Positions 54,040 through 64,000 of a stretch of 64,000 nt of DNA are shown here, in pieces. The first letter of the stretch is position 1; each line of letters opens with the position of its first letter. The notes beneath the pieces are model-generated. The model was not told where the DNA came from. It saw only the letters and a program-made list of their open reading frames with translations, and did no database searches. Source of the DNA: the human T2T-CHM13v2.0 reference genome, Homo sapiens; the NCBI RefSeq assembly GCF_009914755.1, contig NC_060938.1; one strand, 5' to 3'. The translations under genes and the position numbers were made by a program.

Positions 54040-55058
54040 GTAAGCAAATGAAGACCAAATTAGTTTATAAATCTATTTATTACTCCCCCTACTCCTTCTG
54101 TTTTGACCCCAAGGAGGCCATTAAAAAATGGTACTGGTGATGACAGGGAAAAGGTTGTGGAATGTCTTTTCTTGAAAGAATGTGCTAAAAGTTGTCTTGA
54201 TCTTGTTTTGATGTATTTGTTACTCTTTCTCACACAGAAAAAAAGGGACTTTTGTTGAGGATATGGGACAGTGCTATAAAAATATTTAATCACATCTCTT
54301 TCATCAAGTGAAGTAATAGTAATACTGATTTGCATATAATAAATGTTATATATTAGAAACTGTCCTAAACTCTTTAAGTGTAATGATTATGACAACTCCT
54401 GACAAATAATTTCACGACATCCCTATGAAATAGATAGTAATATACCTTTTTAAAGGTCAAGGAAACTTCAGTACAGAGAAGTTTTGTGACTTGCATGTGG
54501 TCACACAGCTTAAAAGTGATAGTGCTGGGATATGAACCCAGACAGTCTGGACTCAGTGGCCTTGATCATAATCACTGTGCCATCCTACCACACTGATGCT
54601 GAGTGTCTAGAGTAACCTAGATACACAATGAATGAGCCTCTTCTCACAGACCACACACTGTTTTTTTCTCTGTCCATTTCAACACGATGCTTGTAATTCT
54701 AAGAAAGGGTAAATACATAAGCAGGTTACTCCAGAAATGTAATCTGCTTTCCACATGGGTCACTAGCGACTGATTCTAAACGTCTTTAATGCCACTTGTG
54801 TGCACAGGTTTTAAGCTCTCAGTGAAAGCTCCACGCAGAAAGGGTGTTGTGTTACAGGAAATTAGCCATAAGATAAATTAAATTCGCTACTTTTCTTACG
54901 TTTTGATATGAATCTTTGCATGTTCTCTCTCATTCTCTTAATTAAGAAGAAAGTCATTACTGAATTTTAGTTTTTCACAAAGCACATTTATGAGATTCTT
55001 AAAGGTATTCTTTTTGGACCAAAGTTTGAATGATTATTTTTCTTGTGACCTTCTGCAG

Positions 55059-55154
55059 CACACTTCTCCCTCAGTTATATCCGACCTATTCACAGACATT
55101 AAAAAGGGGCATGTCCTCCTGGATCTGCTAGAAGTACTTTCTGGGCAACAGTTG
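55059..55154 (+). CDS. SYNE2: Nesprin-2 exon 4 (96 nt), HTSPSVISDLFTDIKKGHVLLDLLEVLSGQQL
   Basis: ccttctgcAG acceptor, TTG|GTAAGA donor; CH1 motif DLFxDxxxGxxLxxLLEVLSG; lies inside track ORF 54990..55226. Confidence 0.97.
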
Positions 55155-55248
55155 GTAAGATTTTTAAATGACACTGAGAAACTTTCTGTTGACTTAAAAA
55201 ATATGTATTTCATTTTTTCTGAGTAATATATTTGCTTGAATTTCACAG

Positions 55249-55326
55249 CCTCGGGATAAAGGATCTAATACCTTCCAGTGTAGAATCAATATAGAACATG
55301 CCTTGACATTCCTAAGAAACCGATCA
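55249..55326 (+). CDS. SYNE2: Nesprin-2 exon 5 (78 nt), PRDKGSNTFQCRINIEHALTFLRNRS
   Basis: tttcacAG acceptor, TCA|GTAAGT donor; CH1 NxxxALxFL motif; phase 0/0. Confidence 0.97.
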
Positions 55327-55414
55327 GTAAGTATAAATTTTTCTTAAAAATTCACAGGAGAGATTAATGCTCTGGGATATTTCCTCCTTTTAACCTGCAC
55401 TTTTTGTTTTCCAG

Positions 55415-55507
55415 ATTAAGCTAATAAATATTCATGTTACTGATATCATTGATGGAAACCCATCCATTATCCTTGGCCTAATTTGGACAATTATCCTGCA
55501 CTTTCAT
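55415..55507 (+). CDS. SYNE2: Nesprin-2 exon 6 (93 nt), [31 protein letters not shown], end of CH1
   Basis: tttttgttttccAG acceptor, CAT|GTAAGT donor; actin-binding motif [23 protein letters not shown]. Confidence 0.97.
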
Positions 55508-55878
55508 GTAAGTAGTTTGATGATATAAAAATTATTTCTACCCTACCACAGTATAAAATAAATGTAATGCAATAAGTGTGAGTGGACTAGATTCAGTCCT
55601 GAGCTTCTCCTATAAATAGGACCTCTGGAAATCTTGAAGAGGTAGAAAATAATAGCAGACCTTTTGCCATTTCTGTTATTGGTTTTTTTCTCTTCTTTTT
55701 GAGATGGAGTCTCGCTCTGTCGGCCAGGCTGGAGTGCCGTGGCGCAGTCTTAACTCACAGTAACCTCCACTTCCTGAGTTCAAGTGATTCTTCTGTCTCA
55801 GCCTCCTGAGTGGCTGGGACTACAGATGCGCGCCACCATGCCTGGCTAATTTTCGTATTTTTTTTTTCTTTTTTTTGA

Positions 55879-56037
<159 letters not shown>

Positions 56038-56962
56038 TAGTAGAGATGAGGTTTCTCCATGTTGGTCAGGCTGGACTTGAACTCCTGACCTCAGGTGATC
56101 CGTCCACCTCTGCCTCCCAAAGTGCTGAGATTACAGGTGTGAGCCACCATGCCTGGCCTAATTTTTGTATATTTTGTAGAGATGGGGTTTCATCATGTTG
56201 GCCAGGGTGGTCTCACATTCCTGACCTCAGGTGATCTGCCTGCCTCGACCTCCCAAAGTGCTGGGATTACAGGCATGAGCCACCGTGCCTGTCCTGTTGC
56301 TATTTTTCAATTGAAAGTTGAATGCTGAATTATCATGATATCCTGCATTATCCATAATATCAGCACCAGTCTGAACAGAACCTGCCATGGTAATTGTTTG
56401 CTTCTTATTGTTTACTATGGCAGGGGAGAGGGTAGGAAGCTTCTGGAGTAAATGCTTGAAATCTAACCACTAAAGTTTGTAAAGCCTCCCCATTTTGGGG
56501 GACTCCTGTCCTATCTGACTGTGAATAATCCCACAACATCCAGTTCTATCCCAAGACTGAGTTGTGGATGCATTTCGTTTCACAGATATTTTTGAACACT
56601 TACTGTATGCTAGCTCTTATGCGAGGACATCAAGATTTAGTGATGGTTATAGTTCTGACTTTATAAAACATATGATTGATATGTTTTTTCAGGCCTGGAA
56701 TTCTGACATAGTGCAGGGTTTCTGCACTACCTAAAATGTTGCATTTTCTGTATCTCCATAATTATTTTAAAAATAACTTAGGAAAAATATTTATTTTAGA
56801 AAAACTAGAAAAATAGCATAACTAACATATAAAATTTAAAACATGCAGAGACAGACTATATATTATTTCTGGATACGTGCATTTGTAATTACAATGGAAT
56901 AATATGCATGAGATTATGAAAACTAAATTTAAGTTGTGTGTTTTTTTTCTGGGAAAGGATAA

Positions 56963-57250
<288 letters not shown>

Positions 57251-57856
57251 TGAACTCCTGACCTTGTGATCCACCTGCCTCAGCCTCCAAAAGTGCTGGG
57301 ATTACAGGTGTGAGCCAGCACGCCTGGCCTGTGTTTTATTTCTTTAAGAAAATCTAAACCAAATATGGTAAAATGTTAAAATTTGATAGTTCATGGTCAT
57401 TTATTATTTTTTCCTATAGTTTTCTGGTATTTGAAATATAATTAAAAATTTTAATATAGATAATAAAATTATCTGTAATCTACCACTCACTATAACTGCT
57501 ATAAATAATTTAGTGTATAGTCTTTATGATATTTACATCAATAATTAATGTATGTTCATATGTATATATTTTAACAAAATGGGGGTCATGTTATCCATAC
57601 TGTTTTCAGCATGCTCTGATGAACAGCTTTCTGAATTTTTATATATATATATATAAATAAATAAATGGAGGCATGATGTTTGTTGTAAAGTACTATATTT
57701 CACTAATGGATAGTCAGAAAGCTCATGATCATTTGTAATTATAGGTAATTTCAGATAAGAATGCCCTTAAGGTAAAACCTTTGCGATACAATCTTAATTA
57801 TTTCCACAGGTCAAATTCTTAGAAGTGGCATTGTGCCATAGGGTTTGCAAACTTAA

Positions 57857-58102
<246 letters not shown>

Positions 58103-59778
58103 TGATCTTCCTGCCTTGGCCTCCCAAAGTGCTGGGATTACAGGCGTGAGCCACCGTGCTGGGCTTAAAGCTTTTTTTTTTTTTTTTTTTTTTTTTGAAA
58201 CTTCTGTATTGCTGAGGCTGGAGTGCAGTGGCGTGATTTTGGCTCCTGAATTCAAGTGATTCTCATGCCTCAGCCCCCTGAGTAGCTGGGATTACAGGTA
58301 CCCACCACCATGCCTGGCTAATTTTTGTAGTTTTAGTAGAGACTGAGTTTCACCATGTTGGCCAGGCTAGCCCTGAACTCCTGACCTCAAATCCACGCAC
58401 CTCGGCCTCCCAAAATACTGGGTTTATAGGCATGAGCCACCACACCTGGCCTTTTTTTTTTTTTTTTTTTAATTAAAAAATTTTAAGTAAACTTTTGTTG
58501 ATATATATGTAATACACACAGATAAAAATGAACAGGTCTTAAGTATAGAGTTTGATGAATATTTATAAATGAAACACACCCATATAATCACCCTGCCAGA
58601 TAAAAATATAGAACTTTGCCAGCATCCCTAAGTGCCCCAGGTCCTTCTCCCAATCACTGCCCTCCTTTCCTAAAGGTGAGCACCGCTTTGAGCTCTGTGG
58701 ATAAGTGTAGAGTCTTTAACACCATACAAATGGAATTATAAATGTCTTCTCTTATGTACACTATGTACTCTTTCGTGTTTGACTTATTTCATTTTATATC
58801 ACGTCTGTGAGATTTACCTTATTGTAGCAAGTATCAGTAAGTCTTTCTTGTTCATTGCTCTGCATGAATATCCAATTGTATGAATATACCGTAACATATT
58901 TACCATTGTATTGTTGGTGCACATTTCTTTTGCTGCCAGTTTTTTTATTTGTTTGTTTTTTATTTTGTTCTGTTTTGTTTTTTTGAGACAGAGTCTCGCT
59001 CTGTCGCCCAGGCTGGAGTGCAGTGGGGCACGATCTTGGCTCAGTGTAACCTCTGCCTCCTGGGTTCAAGTGATTCTCCGACCTCAGCCTCCTGAGTAGC
59101 TGGAATTACAGGTGTGTGTCACTATGCCCAGCTAATTCTGTATTTTTACTAGAGATGGGGTTTCACAGTGTTGGCCAGGCTGGTCAAGCTGTTGCCAGTT
59201 TTTAGCTGCTATGAGTAAAGCTGCTCAGAACGTTCTTGTATATACCTTGTATAAATCCTGATTTCCATCCTGCATGTACCTAGGAATGGAACTGATGGTG
59301 TCAGAACATATGATCTTTAGCTTTAGTATATACTGCCAAACAGTTAATCAAAGTGGTTGTTCCAATTTATACTCACCAGAGTTTCTTGCTCCAATCCCTG
59401 TTGCTAATACTTGGCATTTAAAATTTATTATTTAAGCCTTGATGTTATGTGTAATGATTTATAGACTTTTAAAATATATTCTAGGCTGGGTGCAGCGGCT
59501 CATGGCTGTAATCCCAGCACTTTGATAGGCTGAGGTAGGAGGATTGCTTGAGCCCAGCAATATAATACTAGCCTGGGCAACATAAGGAGACCCCATCTCT
59601 GCAAAAATAAAAATAAAAATAATTAGCTGGGAATGGTGGTACCTGCCTGTGGTCCCAGCTTCTCTGGAGACTGAGGTGGGAGAAGCACTTGAGTCTGGGA
59701 GGTTGAGACTGCAGTGAGCCGTGACTGGGCTACTGCACTCTAGCCTGGGCAACAGAGCAAGACCCTGTCTCCAAAAAA

Positions 59779-60080
59779 CATACACATACACATATATACT
59801 GGAGATATAGATATAGATACACAGACATACACATATATACTGGAGATCATATATATGTATATATGATCTCCAGTATATACATTATATATATTTATATATA
59901 TTCTACAAAGAACTTTTGTCCAGTATATATTATATATATACTGTAATATATAACTTTTGTCCAGTATATATTATATACTGTAATATATATGATATAATAT
60001 ATATACTATAATATAACATATATTACAGTATAACATAATATATACTGGACAAAAGTCCTTTGTAGAATATATATATAAAT
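59779..60080. repeat. AT-rich nested inverted/direct repeat array
   Basis: Perfect 22-bp inverted repeat at 59834-59879, plus ~43-bp inverted arms at 59890-59932 and 60036-60080. Confidence 0.92.
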
Positions 60081-60558
60081 TGCAAATAATTCTGACTCTG
60101 TGGCTTGCTTTTTCAATCTTTTAATGAAGAAGCATTCATAATTTTAATATAGTTTGAATTTATCAACTTCTTTTGTGGCTTATACTTTTATATTCCTTTT
60201 TTTTTTATTGAGACAGAATCCTGCTCTGTTGCCCAGGCTGGAGTGCAGTGGCACAATCTTGACTCACTGCAATGTCTGTCTCCTGGGTTCAAGTGATTCT
60301 TCTGCCTCAGCCTCCTGAGTATCTGGGGCTACAGGTGTACACCACCATGTCTAGCTAATTTTTGTGTTTTTAGTAGAGATGGGGTTTCGCCATGTTGGTC
60401 AGGCTGGTCTTGAATTCTTGACCTCAGGTGATTCACCTGCCTTGGCCTCCCAAAGTGCTGGGATTGCAGGTGTGAGCCACCATGCCTGGCCTGTTATATT
60501 CTTTAACGACCTCTTTTTACTATGAAGGTATTCTCTTACATTATTTTCCAGAAAAATT

Positions 60559-60744
60559 TTGTCCAATAGGATTTTCTGCAGTGATGGAACTGTTCCATAG
60601 CTACATTGTACAAAACAGTGACCACTAGCCACTTGTGCTATTGAACACTTGAGATGTGGCTAGTATGGCAGAGGAAATAAATTATTCAATTAATTTGAAT
60701 TTAAATCTCACATGTGCCTAGTGGCTGTCATACTGAACAGCCCA
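60559..60744. mobile_element. MER3 hAT-Charlie MITE
   Basis: tgtccaatagg.ttttctgcagtgatggaa...ccactagccac.tgtgctattgaacacttga.atgtggctagt core. Confidence 0.8.
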
Positions 60745-60871
60745 GTTCTGAAAATGTAGTTGTTTTAAATTTTATATTTAGATCTACCGTCTTTCAAGAA
60801 TGAATCGATTTTGTATGTTATGTTGAAACAATCAAAATTTACTTTTTTCATATGGCTATCCAGTTGACTCA

Positions 60872-61210
<339 letters not shown>

Positions 61211-61465
61211 CTACTCTGCTGTAGTGTCACCTTCACACGTGAAGTCGACATGAAGTCGCCCTATATGTGAAGCTCCATTTTCAAATGACCTATTTTGTTT
61301 CATCACTTCTCTTTGCACCAGTACTATACTTTGTAATTTTGGTAACTATATAGTAAGTCTTGATATCTGACAGTGTAAGTTGTCCAACTTATTCTTTAAG
61401 AAAGTCTTCATTATTATTTGCTTTTTGCATTTTTATATAAATTTTATGAATAACTTGTCAGTTTT

Positions 61466-61530
61466 CACACGTGTGCGTGCGCGCACATACACACACAGAC
61501 ACACACATACACACACACACACACACACAC
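61466..61530. repeat. (CA)n compound microsatellite
   Basis: cacacgtgtgcgtgcgcgcacatacacacac... Confidence 0.9.
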
Positions 61531-62006
61531 TCCTGCTGGAATTTTTATTAGGATTGCATGGCATATATGAAACATTTTAGAAAAAAATTGACATTTAAAA
61601 AATATTGCATCTTTCAATCTATGAGTATAACATTTTAATCTGTTCAAAATATTTTCTAATTTTTATTACTATTTCTCGTTTGACCCATGGGCCATATAAA
61701 AATATATTGCTTAGGCCGGGTGCGGTGGCTCACGCCTGTAATCCCAGCATTTTGGGAGGCTGAGGCAGGCAGATCACAAGGTGAGGAGTTCGAGACCAAC
61801 CTGACCGACATGGTGGAACCCTGTCTCTACTAAAAATACAAAAATTAGCCGGGAGTGGTGGCGTGCGCCTGTAATCCGAGCTACTCAGGAGGCTGAGGCA
61901 GGAGAATCACTTGAACCGGGAGGCGGAGGTTGCAGTGAGCCGAGATTGCACCACTGCCCTCCAGCGTGGGCGACGGAGCGAGACTCCATCTCAAAAAAAA
62001 AAAAAA

Positions 62007-62111
62007 TTATATATATATGTGTGTGTATATATATATATGTATATATATATGTGTGTATATATATATGTGTATATATATGTGTGTGTGTATATATATGTAT
62101 ATATATGTATA

Positions 62112-62158
<47 letters not shown>
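62007..62158. repeat. Compound (TA)n/(TG)n microsatellite at an Alu tail
   Basis: About 150 bp of TA/TG dinucleotides; source of the YIYI-type ORFs in the track. Confidence 0.95.
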
Positions 62159-62159
<1 letters not shown>

Positions 62160-63157
62160 GCTTAATTTCCGAATATTTGGAGATTTTGTCTGTTATATCT
62201 TTGCTGCTGACTAGAATTTCAGTGTGGTCAGAGAGCATACTCTGAATGATTTCAGTCTTTCACAATTGCTGCAGCTTGATTTATGGTGCAGCATGGTCAG
62301 TGTCAGTAAATGTTCTGTACGCTCGTGAAAGGAATGTTGGTAGTGCTTGCCAGATCAGTGCTAATCAGATCAAGTTTGTTAATTGTGTTGTTGACATCTG
62401 TTATTATGGATTGTCTGATTAGTCTGTCATTTGTTGAGAGAAATGTATTAAATACTTTTACGTTTATGGATTTATCTTTTAATGTTTTGGGTAGATACCA
62501 TATCGCCCTCCAAAAAAATTGAGCCAATTTGTACATTTACTAGCAATATAAGAATATCTAGTTTCTCATACTTTCACCATCACTGGGTATTGCCTTTACA
62601 TTTACTTTGCCTGTATAATATAATAAAAGCTATTCTTTTGCTGTATACATTTAAATTTCTTAAATTATTAATGCAATTGTTTTTCATAGATTTAATGGCA
62701 ATTTTATGTGTTTCCTCTGGACTTGTCTATCCATGTGTTTGACTATCTTTTTTTCTATGTGTACATTTGTTCATAATGGATGCATTTCACTTGATCCAGT
62801 CTCTAAAGATACTCTAGGAGCTCAATTTGGTTCAGTTCGATTTATTTGACAGGTGTTAAACTACAGTGAAGTGCTCCATAAGCACTTCAGGTGGATGAAT
62901 TGGTGAGGGACATCCCTCAATGTGGGACAGCATGCCTGGGTGAGGGTAAGGAATGACCCAAGTCATTCCTTAGGAAGCAAAAGTGCAGCCCCCATGGCAG
63001 ATGCTGTTATTCAAGGATTTGCCCAGTATTCATTTCACCAGGAGTAAACTATGACTGTCACAGGATGCTTTTTAGGTCTCTATTTTGACTGGAAATTTTG
63101 GCCCAATGCTGGTAACTTATGCTTTTATAAACGTTAAGTCTACTTTGCCTTCCTTAG

Positions 63158-63339
63158 ATTGAGAAGCTTGCCCAGACTCTTTCTTGCAATTACAATCAGC
63201 CTTCCCTGGATGATGTGAGTGTGGTTGACTCATCTCCTGCCTCAAGTCCTCCAGCTAAGAAATGCTCTAAAGTGCAAGCAAGATGGCAAATGTCTGCAAG
63301 AAAGGCCCTTCTTTTGTGGGCTCAGGAACAATGCGCCAC
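63158..63339 (+). CDS. SYNE2: Nesprin-2 exon 7 (182 nt), Ser-rich CH1-CH2 linker and start of CH2 (SARKALLLWAQ)
   Basis: ctttgccttccttAG acceptor, CAC|GTAAGT donor (phase 2); open frame IEKLAQTLSC...KALLLWAQEQCA. The gene continues beyond the window. Confidence 0.97.
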
Positions 63340-64000
63340 GTAAGTAGTTTGCTATGACCCTAAGAGACACACAGGGCAGCTGTATCAACCAACACCACCT
63401 CACCACCCAAACACCTCCCTCACTTAACGTGAAAATTCTCACTATCCCCCTTCCTCTCTGTGCTTCTTCCATACGTGGAAGCCCAAGAGCTCAGCCACAT
63501 TTGGTTTCAAAGGCTGGAAGGTGGTATCACCTGGGTAAACGAACTCATCCCACCTGCTGTGTTTAGGTGGCATATTATTACATGGAAATAAAGTGGTATT
63601 TAAATGCCAGGCAAGATGGCTCACTCCTATAATCCCAGCACTTTGGGAGGCTGAGGCGGGTAGATCACTTGAGGTCAGGAGTTCGAGACCAGCCTGGCTA
63701 ACATGGTGAAACCCCGTCTCTATGAAAAATACAAAAAATTAGCCTGGCGTGGTGGCATGTGCCTGTAATCCCAGCTACTTGGGAGGCTGAGGCAGGAGAA
63801 TCGCTTGAACCTGGGAGGCGGAGGTTGCGGTGAGCTGAGATCAAGCTATTTCACTCCAGCCTGGGCAACAAGAGCGAAACTCTTGTCACACACACACACA
63901 TACAACAAAACTTATCTCTTGAATATGTATATGAGTATATTAAGAGACCTCAGAGTTTAGAAACGTAGCTCAATTAGGAAGCACAGAGACCAGACAGTAT

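Noticed and set aside
54990-55226. 78-aa ORF as a standalone protein
   Set aside because: It is exon 4 plus flanking intron that happens to be open.
55381-55394. ttcctccttttaac resembling a U12 branch site in intron 5
   Set aside because: The donor is GTAAGT (U2-type); TTAAC works as an ordinary U2 branch point.
62867-62889. 9-bp hairpin tgaagtgct-ccata-agcacttca
   Set aside because: Too short for a pre-miRNA and within chance expectation.

Overview
Primate, almost certainly human, genomic DNA from the 5' part of SYNE2 (nesprin-2; 14q23 from recall) on the + strand. The window starts inside intron 1. It contains the first coding exon (ATG at 22501) and the next five exons (conventional exons 2-7). 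Spliced at canonical AG/GT sites they give 590 nt of uninterrupted CDS: [196 protein letters not shown](T). This covers calponin-homology domain 1, the Ser-rich linker and the start of CH2. About 99% of the window is intron, with roughly 55 Alu/FLAM copies, L1, L2, MIR, LTR and hAT relics. Almost all ORFs in the supplied track are repeat artefacts. I see no convincing new multi-gene system. The best leads are: a strong-context uORF ending 18 nt before the SYNE2 start; a 2.35-kb block bounded by two Alus that share a single target-site duplication; an apparent retrotransposed copy of non-coding RNA inside a MER21-type LTR; a nested AT-rich palindrome; a CpG-enriched candidate internal first exon; a cluster of recursive-splice-like signals; and intronic poly(A) sites that could give CH1-only proteins. 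Repeat subfamily names come from recalled consensus sequences and their boundaries are approximate.
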